32,000 bases of DNA, from assembly GCF_000328765.2 (NCBI RefSeq), contig NC_019954.2, forward strand, positions 2,473,780-2,505,779, given 5' to 3'. Positions 9,848 to 19,582 of the stretch are shown one piece after another (positions within the stretch are counted from its first letter, which is position 1; each line of letters starts with the position of its first letter). The notes under the pieces are model-generated. The model was not told where the DNA came from, ran no database searches, and saw only the letters and a program-made list of their open reading frames with translations. The translations under genes were made by a program, and so were the position numbers. This DNA comes from Tepidanaerobacter acetatoxydans Re1. GTDB lineage: Bacteria; Bacillota; Thermosediminibacteria; Thermosediminibacterales; Tepidanaerobacteraceae.

Positions 9848-9871
9848 AATTCGGGCGGTGCCAAGCACCTT
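9848..9871. repeat. Dispersed hairpin repeat, copy C
   Basis: aaattcgggcGGTGCcaaGCACC, followed by ctttttctcccccaagtttgct, which resembles the tail of the copy at 26240-26310. Confidence 0.75.
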
Positions 9872-10077
9872 TGTGAAGGAAGATCTTTTTCTCCCCCAAG
9901 TTTGCTAATTAATTAACTTTCATAGGTAAATTATAACATATTTTTGATAAGATTTAATATTCAGCTTGCAATCGTGGATTTAATTTGTAGGACGTTTTGA
10001 GGCTAAACGTGGGAGGATAGAGGATATAGGACTGGCTGTAGAATTAAGATTCTCTAGCAAATCCGCGAACAGAAAAA

Positions 10078-10186
10078 AGACACCTCGCAAGTATCTCTAC
10101 CTATGAGGTGTCTGTGTTTTTTAGCTCAAACCCGCTTGTTGCCGTGCCCGTCCGTTTTCGACAAAATTCGGGCGGTGCCAGGCATC
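10078..10186. repeat. Dispersed two-hairpin repeat, copy D
   Basis: Stem agacacctc (10078-10086)/gaggtgtct (10105-10113), then cgcttgttgccgtgcccgtccgttttcgacaaaattcgggcGGTGCCaGGCATC as in copy A. Confidence 0.85.
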
Positions 10187-10190
10187 TTCG

Positions 10191-12520
10191 TCAATTTATC
10201 AGTGCTTTTACTATCTCTTGCTGATTGCCTGTATCACCGATAAATTGGGTTTCATAGACAACATCGTTTTGTTTCCATATATAATTCTGGGTCTTAGTTA
10301 TGCCTTTTGATATTATATTGGGGTTTGTGATATCTAGTTCATATTTTAAGACTTTAATGTCATTAATCATTATAGAAACAACATCTATCTTCTTTTCGGC
10401 AACATTATTTTTTACTTTTGCATCTATAATAGGGTCTTTGTAATATTCCAAGCTTATATAGCCATTTTGAATCATGTCATCATATTTTGAGGTGTCGTTT
10501 GTCTGGTATAAAGATATTTCTTGTATGGAGTCTTTATCTTTTAATTGAAAAATTGTCTCCATTTTAATCATTTCAACTAGCTTATTATCGTGTAGAGTTT
10601 CGCTAAAAGGACGGATGAGCGAAGAAACTGGAACAAATCCGCCGGGCAAGTTTAGTGGAAATTTAGGGGCAAATCCCAGTATTTCTCGGGCCGCTTCTAG
10701 GTCTTTATTACTGTAAATTTCCAAAAACCTATCATAATCCCTTGATTTATATTCAATATTTTGTATGTCTTTAGGGAATTTAAGGGATGAGAGAAGTATC
10801 TTTATATCATCTCTTGGAATTTCGCTAAGGGAAAAACCTTCGAAATCGCCATTTTTACGATAATATGGTATGCTATACCATATATTTCCATCTTGCCATA
10901 TAAAGTATTTTTCAACTATTTTAGTAATAGGTCTAACTTTTATACGTCCTGTATCATGTTTTCTGTAATCTTCTAAGTCTTCTTCCTTTATATCCCAGTC
11001 TTTGCTTACTGTTAAACAAGTTCCCTGTATATTTGAAATGTTCATGGGTTCTTCACTAAACTTTATATTGGGCTTAATAGTCCTTTCATTAATAACTTTT
11101 TCATTGGCATCTGAATGCATTTCCTTCAAATATTTTATCATATCATTGTTAGAAACTAAGATGGATACACCAATTTGCTTATCAACGTCAACTTTAGTAA
11201 AATCTACACTGGCTAATCCTTTCTCTTCATAAAAAAATATTTTGTCAAATTCATAATCTGTAGGCATCTTGTCAGGCACCTTAAAGTCAAAATCAATAAA
11301 ATCCATGGCTCTATCTAAAGTGGAAAAAACTTTTTCGGCCTCATCAAAGCTAAATTGCTCTGTTTCCGTATTTTTTTCCGGCTTTAAAGTTGTGTTGGTA
11401 CCAGTTTCTGCATTTGTAAGGGTGCAGCAGCCAAGAACTATGAAAAATATCAGGGCAATAGCCGATAGTTTATATGAACCCTTTTTAAACATGTTTATCA
11501 TGATAATTCTCCTCTCAATTTGCTCTTTGCCTTCATAAAAATATGCATAGAGCATTTTATTGTGCTGTGGTCTTGATATTAAGCTAGAGAGTTTTATTAT
11601 TGTCCTGCCGTAATGGGTGAATTCATTTTCTTCTAGGTTTTCAAGTACATACATATCGCATGCGCACTCTATGTCAGCTCTCATTTTTTTCATGGCAAAC
11701 CATACAATGGGGTTAAACCAGTGCAGCATTATGGCTAGCGTTGAAAGTAGATTGCATAATAGGTCTTTTCTTTTGTAATGGCTGAGTTCATGTAGGAGTA
11801 TGTGTGAAAGTTCTTTGTCGTCAATTTTGTTTAAGATATGTTTAGGTAGGTATATTCTTGGTTTTAATATGCCGAAGATAAAGGGGCTGCAAAAGCCTTT
11901 ACCACAGAAAAGCTCAATTTGCGTGTTTATTGCCAGCTTTTTTTTGCAATTATTTAGTATATCTAAGTATTTGGATGGGTTATTTTTTCGAAGGTTTTTG
12001 TGTCTTTCTTAAATCTTATTGCTGCAGTTAATAAAAATGCAGCCATTGTTAGAAAACCGATAAGCCATGCACAGCTGCTTAAGCCAATGATGTTTTCAAA
12101 CTTATTTGTTTCATTTTTATTTAAAATTGATTTCTTTGGTTTTAGTAGGTCATCTTCTAAGAAATTGTTGTCTTGGTGTCCTTGTTTATTGATATTAGTT
12201 AGATCTGGCTTTGCTTTATTTATTGCCATGTCTATTTGCCTTTTAGTAAAGGGTTCCGTTTCTTTTGTGCTGGGTATTAGTGTCTCAAGTGATATGCTGT
12301 CTTTGCTGCCTGGCAAAAGGTTGAATATGCTTAGGTTGCTTTCAGGGGCAAAAGGCATCAATAGTCTTATTAATACAAGAAGCCATAAAATGTGATGAAA
12401 TCTAGGTGTAAGTTTATCTTTAAATATTTTCCCGATAAAAAGAATGAGTAAGGCTATTGTTGTTGATGTCAAAGACGCATATAAAACCCTCAAGAATATT
12501 TTCTTTAATACAATAATCAT
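10191..12520 (-). pseudogene. blaR1: BlaR1/MecR1-like M56 family metallopeptidase with C-terminal tandem DUF4367-like regions, one frameshift
   Basis: N-terminal membrane part (12520-11963), HELSHYKRKDLL zinc motif and MLHWFNPIVWFAMKKMRADIECACD in another frame. The two frames join if a single T is added near 11965 (HPNT-LDILNNCKKKLAINTQIELF). Confidence 0.8.
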
Positions 12521-12548
12521 TTTTAAAAACCCTCATTAATTAAATTTT

Positions 12549-12941
12549 CTATGGTTTTTTTTTAGATGCTTTTTTCTGTTCTAGAATATTTTCTAGATGT
12601 TTGATTTCCTTTTCTGTCAGTTCCTCTTGTTCTAGGAACTTTGAAAAAAGCATACCCACAGCACCATCATATACCCTGTGCAGAAAGGTTTTGTTTTCTG
12701 CTTTGATGTATTCATCACGAGATACTGCCGGATAGTAGATATAATTCCTTCCGGATTTTTTATGAGTTATAGCTTGCTTTTTAAGAAGTCTGTTTAAAAA
12801 GGTTTTTACAGTTTGGTCTGACCAGTTTATCTCTTCTGGCAGTAATGCGATGATTTCACTGGCTAATAACGGACTCTTTTCCCACAATATCTTCATGACC
12901 ACAAGCTCTGATTCGGTTATATTAGGGATATTTTTCATGTA
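12549..12941 (-). CDS. blaI: BlaI/MecI/CopY family transcriptional repressor
   Basis: MKNIPNITESELVVMKILWEKSPLLASEIIALLPEEINWSDQTVKTFLNRLLKKQAITHKKSGRNYIYYPAVSRDEY; start at 12941 after aggggtggtt RBS. Confidence 0.9.
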   Translation of the reverse strand, partial: YMKNIPNITESELVVMKILWEKSPLLASEIIALLPEEINWSDQTVKTFLNRLLKKQAITHKKSGRNYIYYPAVSRDEYIKAENKTFLHRVYDGAVGMLFSKFLEQEELTEKEIKHLENILEQKKASKKKP

Positions 12942-12960
12942 ACCACCCCTGTTGTTTTTA

Positions 12961-13006
12961 TTTACAGCTGTAAACGATGAAACTATGTATAGTTTACATG
13001 TGTAAA
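12961..13006. promoter_or_regulatory. Two BlaI-type operator boxes
   Basis: TTTACAGCTGTAAA (12961-12974) and TTTACAtgTGTAAA (12993-13006), upstream of blaI, next to TTGACA on the minus strand at 13019-13014. Confidence 0.7.
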
Positions 13007-13462
13007 TGATATTTGTCAAGTGCTATTTTGAGCCTTAAATAAAAAAAGACAAGGAATCGCTCTCTTCCGAACTATACCATTGATTTTCTTCTGCTATGGT
13101 TTAATATATCTGTTTCATCATCAGATTCAAGAATTAATGTTTGGTAAGTCCCTTTATTTTTATATCTATATTTATTAAGCATCCTTTCTTTTACAAATTT
13201 AAACATTTTATATCCATATACTATTCTTACACCTATGTAGGAAAATACAATCCCGGCTTGTATACCTATTAGCATCCCGAATACAATATAAAATAAACTT
13301 GATCTCGAAACATTCTTTTAATGTCTCTATTTGATATCCCAATGTCTCTCAATATTCCAATTTTTTTATTCTGTCAACTAATATAATGTTGTAGATATTG
13401 TATATAATATTGAAAAGATTAGCATAACCGCTAATCCTGCATGGTTTTCGTTAAAAAATACT

Positions 13463-13680
13463 CCGGTATTGGCTGTCCTCACTTATCTTAGCTTCTGCTG
13501 AAGAATGACTGTATCTTTTTCACAACATTACTAAATTTAAATTGAATCTCTTTAGCATTAATAGCACAAAATATACTATTTTCATGTATAATAAAAAAGC
13601 CCTAACCCCATTAAAACAGGGGTTTAGAACCTCCCTGCATGCCTAAATTGGTATCCGTTCATATCAAAGGTATTCTTCAT
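13463..13680 (-). pseudogene. Decayed partial copy of the Ig/S-layer-like gene 5' segment plus its upstream terminator region (paralog of about 28080-28330)
   Basis: Shares ctctttagcattaatagcacaaaatatact, aaaaaagccctaacccc, gggtttaga.cctcc.t.catgcctaaatt and a ttcagcagaagctaag.taagtgaggac block with 28080-28330. Confidence 0.8.
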
Positions 13681-13897
13681 CAAAATAAACATAAGTCCTA
13701 CATTTATCTCGTTTCTCATATCTGAAATAGCATTCTTGGAGTTCCTATTTAAAGGTTTGAAAATCAAAATTTTTATTGACCGGGACAATTGTTCCATCTT
13801 CTTTAGTTCCAGATAAAAGTAGGCATAAAAAACACCTGATTGCAAGGTACCTGCTTAAGTTTAAGTATGCAGTTCTATTCCTAAGCCAACCGATAAC

Positions 13898-14128
13898 TTA
13901 TCGTTCTTTGCTTTCCCAATACTTCTTTGCATTATCATATATCTCATCTAAAGACATACCCTCAAAGATTCCATCTTCTAGTTTTAAATAATCTTCTTTG
14001 CTTATGCCCTCAGCATAGCGTATAAACCTTAAAAATCCAGAATATCCTAATTCCTTTATCAACGCCCTAGAACCTTTTTCTATTATTTCTCTATCTGTAA
14101 ATTTACTTTTCTCATTCAATAACATCAA
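13898..14128 (-). CDS. Hypothetical small protein (possibly TA-associated)
   Basis: 76-aa ORF overlapping the end of a PIN-like reading frame; no family recognised. Confidence 0.4.
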   Translation of the reverse strand: MMLLNEKSKFTDREIIEKGSRALIKELGYSGFLRFIRYAEGISKEDYLKLEDGIFEGMSLDEIYDNAKKYWESKER

Positions 14129-14245
14129 TATCCATCTCCGTTTATAACAAATTTATCATCATATGTTATAAAGTATTCACAATTCCCATAGACAGCTGAT
14201 GCAAGATGTAATGCGTCTTTATCTTTACAGTATCTAACAGATTTT
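14125..14245 (-). pseudogene. C-terminal PIN-domain-like fragment
   Basis: Reverse strand reads YQSKKSVRYCKDKDALHLASAVYGNCEYFITYDDKFVINGDGY*, resembling the DALHLA..A....C..FIT.D..F pattern of PIN proteins; N-terminal half missing. Confidence 0.6.
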
Positions 14246-14521
14246 TTACTTTGATAACTCTTCAAAAGCCTTCCTGCACTTAGATAGTATCTTTTTAGCT
14301 ACTCTATCTACTTCCTCATCGCTTACTGTCTGCATACCTTCTGATTTGTCTTTTGTCGCCCTGATATATTTTTCCTTTAAGCCTTCAAAGACATCCTTCG
14401 CATCTAACAATAGTTCTGTGCTTTCAAGCTGTTTTCCTGCTTCAGCGAGCTTCGAACAAAGGTCTTCCTTAGCTAGTTTTTTCGTATCAGTATCCGAATT
14501 TATATTATTTTTCTTAGCCAT
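14246..14521 (-). CDS. Hypothetical protein
   Basis: 91-aa ORF MAKKNNINSDTDTKKL...VSDEEVDRVAKKILSKCRKAFEELSK; family not recognised. Confidence 0.4.
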   Translation of the reverse strand: MAKKNNINSDTDTKKLAKEDLCSKLAEAGKQLESTELLLDAKDVFEGLKEKYIRATKDKSEGMQTVSDEEVDRVAKKILSKCRKAFEELSK

Positions 14522-14623
14522 AAATCTTCACCTGTCTTTAAAATTAAGATATCTTTTAATGGCATCGTTTAAGACGGCAGCTGCGATTTCTAATAATATC
14601 ACAAATTGTCCTCTCCTTAGCGG

Positions 14624-14932
14624 TTATGTTGTATTGTTTTCCCTGCGAAGATTTCCAAGTATCAGTTTCATCACTTTAATGGTTTCTGAAATACCGCCGC
14701 TCTCGTTTTTCATGTAATAGTGGGCTTCCTCTCTTTTCTCATACATATTGGCCACACAGTAAAGAACAGCTTGCCTTAATACTGCCGGTGTTCCTTCAAA
14801 TTCAGATAAGGGGTACCTCAAGATATCTTCGCAAATTTCCTGGGCAGTAAGAATTAAATTAGTGATGAGTGCATCTTCTTCATCACCATCTATTCTTAAA
14901 TACAGTTTTGTTTCTTCCAAAGTTACCACCAT
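14624..14932 (-). CDS. Phage head-tail connector protein (gp6-like)
   Basis: MVVTLEETKLYLRIDGDEEDALITNLILTAQEICEDILRYPL...VLRQAVLYCVANMYEKREE. Confidence 0.85.
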   Translation of the reverse strand: MVVTLEETKLYLRIDGDEEDALITNLILTAQEICEDILRYPLSEFEGTPAVLRQAVLYCVANMYEKREEAHYYMKNESGGISETIKVMKLILGNLRRENNTT

Positions 14933-15004
14933 ACACTCATCACCCCTTTATTTGTTAACCTGATTCCATCAGCCCTGCTGCTTTTAGCTCTGTTCCCTGG
15001 AAGG

Positions 15005-15268
15005 TTAGCTTGCTGTAGAGAATCTCATTAGCAAAACCTGGCTCCACTGCTCTCCTGCACTAACCCATGTCTCGGCGTCCATCATTTTAGCGATTTGTGT
15101 TCGCTTAAGACCCGTCTTGGCTTCAAAGGCATTGATGATGGCTTCCTTGACTTCCGAGAGCATCTCGATGCCTTTTTGCATGTCGGCTTCCTCACCCCAA
15201 ACAAAGGTAACCGGGTTGTGAATCATCAGCATGGCTGTAGGTAACATAAGCACATCACCCCCTGCCAT
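15005..15268 (-). pseudogene. Phage ClpP-like head maturation protease, truncated
   Basis: AMLMIHNPVTFVWGEEADMQKGIEMLSEVKEAIINAFEAKTGLKRTQIAKMMDAETWVSAGE; N-terminal half absent and C-terminus altered. Confidence 0.8.
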
Positions 15269-15445
15269 CCCGGATAATCTGGGCGTAGGGCCGAAAAAGA
15301 AGGCATAGGTGCTCTGCTAGAAGCTGTTTTCAGGAGCGGCTCTGGACTTAAATAAGTTCGACAGGATAGGTATTTTCATACAAGAGTTCTCACTCCCTTA
15401 AAAATAGGCATGAAAAAAGCGCCTCCATCGAGATGCCATTATGGA

Positions 15446-15784
15446 TTACTCAACAATTTTTGTGTTTGACAATTGTAAATCTATATTACGGCCGCCATAC
15501 ATTATTCTTACTATTGCAACCGTCTTTTCTTCTTCAATTACTATATAAAATACAAGATAGCTATCCACTGTAAGGACTCTCAAGCCCTTACTGTGCCATG
15601 GTTCATCTTGGTAGAGTTTATGCCGCAAGGGCAATTCATCCAGGCCTTTAATTGCATTCATAATTCTATCGATTTGCTTTTTCGCAGTTTCTGGCATTAA
15701 TAAATTCATTGCAACATACCTGTAAACATTTACAAGATCCCACTCTGATTCTTCGGTATAAATAATTTTATAACTCATGCCCAT
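15446..15784 (-). CDS. RelE/ParE family toxin
   Basis: YKIIYTEESEWDLVNVYRYVAMNLLMPETAKKQIDRIMNAIKGLDELPLRHKLYQDEPW...VDSYLVFYIV....VAIVRIMYGGRN. Confidence 0.9.
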   Translation of the reverse strand: MGMSYKIIYTEESEWDLVNVYRYVAMNLLMPETAKKQIDRIMNAIKGLDELPLRHKLYQDEPWHSKGLRVLTVDSYLVFYIVIEEEKTVAIVRIMYGGRNIDLQLSNTKIVE

Positions 15785-16079
15785 ATTCCCTATTGATGCG
15801 CTCGGCTACCTTCTCCGCAGATACAACTCTGCCTGCCCTTAAATCATTAAACCCTTTTTCAATTTCATTATTAAACTCTTCAGGTGTTAAATCCTCAACT
15901 GCAAGAGGTCTGTTATGTGTAATTTTAACTTCAAATGGTAGTCCGTTTTGCAAAATAACCTGTCTTAAAAAAATATTAATAGCATTTGACATAGGTATGC
16001 CAAGTTTATTTAACACCTTTTCTGCTTGTTCTTTTATTTCCGGCTCGACACGAGCAAAAACACTTGTGGTTTTCGACAT
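15768..16079 (-). CDS. RelB/DinJ family antitoxin
   Basis: MSKTTSVFARVEPEIKEQAEKVLNKLGIPMSNAINIFLRQVILQNGLPFEVK; overlaps toxin start by 17 bp. Confidence 0.92.
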   Translation of the reverse strand: MSKTTSVFARVEPEIKEQAEKVLNKLGIPMSNAINIFLRQVILQNGLPFEVKITHNRPLAVEDLTPEEFNNEIEKGFNDLRAGRVVSAEKVAERINREYGHEL

Positions 16080-16120
16080 GCATATCGCCTCCTTCTTGTT
16101 ATTTATATTTTACCATTTTG

Positions 16121-16137
16121 TATTGCGATATGCAATA
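16121..16137. promoter_or_regulatory. Candidate autoregulatory operator of the relB-type gene
   Basis: Inverted repeat TATTGC-gatat-GCAATA 42 bp upstream of the antitoxin start. Confidence 0.45.
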
Positions 16138-16444
16138 TATCAGCAGTCTAACTTCATCGGCACACATAAATATCAAGATTAAATCCCCACCGGGATGATA
16201 TCGTCAAGGAAATATTCTCGCAACTGTTATAAAGCTGCTGCGTTCATTATTATTAGCCCAATGACTTAAAAGCATCAATGATTAATTCTGCGTGTTTTTC
16301 CCTATTAATATCTTTAAGACCTTATGGTCTTTTAGAAACAACTATTCAATCTTCTGTGAGTAAGCAACTTCTTCTTGGTTTATTATATATCCTCTAAAAC
16401 TAATCATAAAATCAGAATTTGTTCCGTGCCTAAATAGTCTACCC

Positions 16445-16495
16445 GGCAAAGAACACAAAAGAAGGAACACAAAAGAACCGTCCCCTTGTGTTGCG
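16445..16495. repeat. GGGGACGGTTCTTTTGTGTTC-type motif with a partial extra unit
   Basis: ggcaaagaacacaaaagaaggaacacaaaagaaccgtccccttgtgtt. Confidence 0.5.
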
Positions 16496-16747
16496 CTGGT
16501 CTTTGTTTTTTAAAGGAATATCCAAAAATATGGAGAATATATATTTAAGATGTTTATAGATATTCTTTCGTCAAAAAAACGGTTGATTTCGTTTAATAAA
16601 AAAGGAGGGATGTCGAATTTTTAAGATTTAATAGTTTTACATTAATATTGCAAAAAATTAAGAATTGAGACTGGATAGCTGCAGTTAGGTTGAAAATCTA
16701 TTGTGTGTATTATTTTTAGAAATATCAGAAAGGAGCGATAAATTCAA

Positions 16748-18325
16748 ATGACTGTAAAACTTACAAGATTTTTTGCTATGGTTTTGATTCTCTTGATCGG
16801 TTTAACGGGGTTTTCAGGCACAGCTCAGGCACAAACAGATATAATAGATGACAAATCATCAGTTCCTATAGAAAAAATAGAACTTGAAATCGTCCTTAAA
16901 ATCGACGATAACCAAGCCTTTATAAATGGGATGCCTATGCTCTTAGATGTTCCTGCTATGTTGCATAAGGATCGCACCCTTGTGCCGATTCGGTTTATTG
17001 CTGAGGCTATGGGGGCAAATGTAGAGTATGAGCACAGTGAGCAGAAAGTTACTATAAGCAGTAAAGAAGAAAGAGAACTTGAAATCGTCCTTAAAATTGG
17101 CGATAACCAAGCCTTTGTAAATGGGGTGCCTATGTTCTTAGATGTTCCTGCTATCTTGCATAAGGATCGCACCCTTGTGCCGATTCGGTTTATTGCTGAA
17201 GCTATGGGGGCAAATGTAGAGTATGAGCACAGTGAGCAGAAAGTTACTATCCAATTAACTTCGCGATCTCCTTTTGCTGATAACATCAGCAAGATGGAAG
17301 ATGCAAATAAAGTCTTTCGAGCTGAAACTAAAAAAATCATGCATGAGGTAGCCCGGCAAGAAAAAATTGAGCTTGCTGATATAGGACCTATCAATGTTGT
17401 AGCTTTAAATAATCCTGATGCCAAAATTATCAGCACTGCCGTCGAAGGCGTAGATACTTTAACTATTGAGCAATTAGCAAAGGGATCTGACGTTCTATTT
17501 ACTTTTGTGCAGCTGCCTGATGGTTCTGAGATTCCTTCCGGATTTTACGTTATTCATGTTTTAGGCGATCCAAAGGCCAATAAATGGACAGCTCAGTTTA
17601 GGAATTTAGATGGTAAAGTAGTTCTTGAAACCTCGGCTGAAGTAGAGTCGCGAGCCTCTGCTGAATCTGGCAAGGCAGCCGCGCCTGCTGGCGTAAAAAC
17701 CGATATAAGCATAACAATATCTGGCTCATCGGTAGAATTTAACTTTGAAGGGGAATGGTCAATTTTTATAAAAACTCTCCTTAAAATAGGTCAAAATGGT
17801 TCTGACTCCACACCTTTGCCAGATGCAGGAGAAAGGATTGTAAAAGCAGCAGAAGACTTCGCTTTTACTATAAATGATTCTCTTGTGCAGGCATCTAAAG
17901 AAACTGGAAAAGATATGTTAGATGGGTGGATGTCTATTTCTGGAGGAGATGATGAGCTATTTGCAGCTTTTACAGCCTATGAAGACGTGACAAAGCTTAC
18001 TATGGAGCAACTTGCAGAAGGTCAAGATATTCTATTTGGCTATTTCCGCACTCCGGAAGATTCTAAGCTTTTGGCCGACTTTTATAATATTCGCATTGTG
18101 GAGGAATCCGGTCGCTGGGTTGGGCAATTTATAGATCATAAGGGGAAGGTGATATATCAGGGGTTAGCTGATGTTAAAGAGGGTGAACTTCAGCTAAAGA
18201 AAAAAGTAGAATTATCCGCTGAATTAGAATCCGGCGAAGGAACAACCACTTTTACTGGAGATGTTCATATTGGAAAACTAAATATCGAATTTACAATTAA
18301 GTGGGTAAGAAAACCCAAACCATAA
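16748..18325 (+). CDS. Copper amine oxidase-like stalk domain protein with duplicated stalk domain
   Basis: Signal peptide MTVKLTRFFAMVLILLIGLTGFSGTAQA, then two copies of INGMP..LDVPA..HKDRTLVPIRFIAEAMGANVEYEHSEQKVTI. Confidence 0.9.
   Translation: MTVKLTRFFAMVLILLIGLTGFSGTAQAQTDIIDDKSSVPIEKIELEIVLKIDDNQAFINGMPMLLDVPAMLHKDRTLVPIRFIAEAMGANVEYEHSEQKVTISSKEERELEIVLKIGDNQAFVNGVPMFLDVPAILHKDRTLVPIRFIAEAMGANVEYEHSEQKVTIQLTSRSPFADNISKMEDANKVFRAETKKIMHEVARQEKIELADIGPINVVALNNPDAKIISTAVEGVDTLTIEQLAKGSDVLFTFVQLPDGSEIPSGFYVIHVLGDPKANKWTAQFRNLDGKVVLETSAEVESRASAESGKAAAPAGVKTDISITISGSSVEFNFEGEWSIFIKTLLKIGQNGSDSTPLPDAGERIVKAAEDFAFTINDSLVQASKETGKDMLDGWMSISGGDDELFAAFTAYEDVTKLTMEQLAEGQDILFGYFRTPEDSKLLADFYNIRIVEESGRWVGQFIDHKGKVIYQGLADVKEGELQLKKKVELSAELESGEGTTTFTGDVHIGKLNIEFTIKWVRKPKP
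16880..17250 (+). repeat. Tandem near-identical duplication (176-bp blocks, 195-bp period) inside the stalk-domain gene
   Basis: gaacttgaaatcgtccttaaaat...gagcagaaagttactat at 16880-17055 and again at 17075-17250. Confidence 0.92.
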
Positions 18326-18391
18326 AAAAATACTATATGTCCTAGCTATATCTTGCCTTAATTTAAAAATCAACCAAGAATTATGTATTAA

Positions 18392-18436
18392 AATACACCC
18401 CTGTGAAAGAAAATAATACTTTCTCAGGGGTGTATT
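18392..18436 (+). terminator. Long stem-loop terminator-like structure after the stalk-domain gene
   Basis: aatacacccctgtgaaag / ctttctcaggggtgtatt, 18-bp stem with one mismatch, 9-nt loop. Confidence 0.7.
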
Positions 18437-18593
18437 AGTTTAAATTAAATTTAGTAACCCACATTTCGCATCTTAACCCATGACTATTTTCAATTATTAT
18501 TCTCTATAAAAAAATGGGTTTGGCCTCACTATAGTGTAAATTTCCGGTCCAAAGCCGATTAAACGAAGTAAAAAAATGACTCTTTCCTCTGTG

Positions 18594-18842
18594 TTAGCTG
18601 GTAGATGTGCCATCAGAAAAAAAGGAAAGTGCAAGAAGCATTACATAGGTCAATATTTCTATCCTACTAGGCTTCTTTTTAAAAATTTCATTTGGAAATA
18701 CGGTATCCTTTAAAAACCCAAAAGAAATTTCTACAGAATTTTTGTTTTTGTACTCTCTTAAAATATCTACAGGAGTCTTATTAAAGTAGTTGGTAATTAA
18801 GGCAAAAAGTTGGCTTTGTCTATAGCCTTTTGCTTTTTGCAC
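18594..18842 (-). pseudogene. C-terminal fragment of an IS4/IS1634-superfamily transposase
   Basis: KGYRQSQLFALITNYFNKTPVDILREYKNKNSVEISFGFLKDTVFPNEIFKKKPSRIEILTYVMLLALSFF. Confidence 0.65.
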
Positions 18843-18889
18843 TTAAAAGACCGCTTTTGAAAACGAAAGCGGATTATTAGATGCAGAAC

Positions 18890-19440
18890 TTAAAAACAGG
18901 CTTTATATGGTATTTTCTTCCCATCTCTTATTAGAAAAACCTCATCATCCGAGCCTGCATACTCAACGAACCTTTTTACTCCTACATCTACATATTTTTC
19001 GTCCAGTTCGATAGCGTAGCAGATACGATCTAGCTGCTCACAAGCAATTCCTGTTGAAAAGCTACCAGAGAAAGGGTCGAGAACAATGCCGTTGGGAGCG
19101 CTGCTATTTTGTATGGGATATGCACACAGGGCCACCGGTGAAATTGACATTATATGGGGGATCTGTCACCACCAGATTTGCCTTTTTACCGTCCATCAAC
19201 TTTTCATAGGTTTTGGCTTTGGTGCTGTCCCCGCATATGAGCCTATGCCTTCCCAAAAGCCAAAGATCCCCTTACTTGCTAATCGTGGGTTCTTTTAAGG
19301 CCTCATCTACATCAAAGTCGTCTTCTTTAACATCCTTATCATGGACTTTAGAAAATAAATCCTCTATTTCAGCGGCACCAAAGCCGGTTAAGGTGATGTC
19401 AAATATTCCGTTATCTTGTTCGCCGGCTTAATCTGATCTA
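18890..19440 (-). pseudogene. Phage site-specific DNA-methyltransferase, internally deleted and frameshifted
   Basis: Reverse-strand pieces LLGRHRLICGDSTKAKTYEKLMDGKKANLVVTDPPYNVNFTGG (19290-19150) joined directly to SSAPNGIVLDPFSGSFSTGIACEQLDRICYAIELDEKYVDVGVKRF (19100-18900); usual middle portion absent. Confidence 0.85.
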
Positions 19441-19582
19441 TGGAAATGCGCCGAATATCCACGTTTTATCACTCCTTAATCTATTGAGTTTTCTTTGTTT
19501 CTTTGTTATAATAATTGTAAAGATAAAGGATTTGTGTATTATATTTATGAATTTGGCATATACTACAAAGGAGGTTTAAGTT

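Noticed and set aside
11002-12395. Plus-strand ORFs opposite the blaR1-like gene (11002-11232, 11269-11538, 11800-12012, 12000-12395)
   Set aside because: Antisense frames of a recognisable M56 gene.
13072-13275. 67-aa minus-strand ORF as a gene
   Set aside because: No recognisable family and no convincing RBS; may be coding relic but cannot be supported.
13624-13845. 73-aa minus-strand ORF
   Set aside because: Overlaps the duplicated region next to the S-layer-like relic; frame looks like debris (decayed translation) rather than a real gene.
16825-17436. 203-aa minus-strand ORF inside the stalk-domain gene
   Set aside because: Antisense of the duplicated stalk domain; its internal repeat only mirrors the 195-bp duplication.
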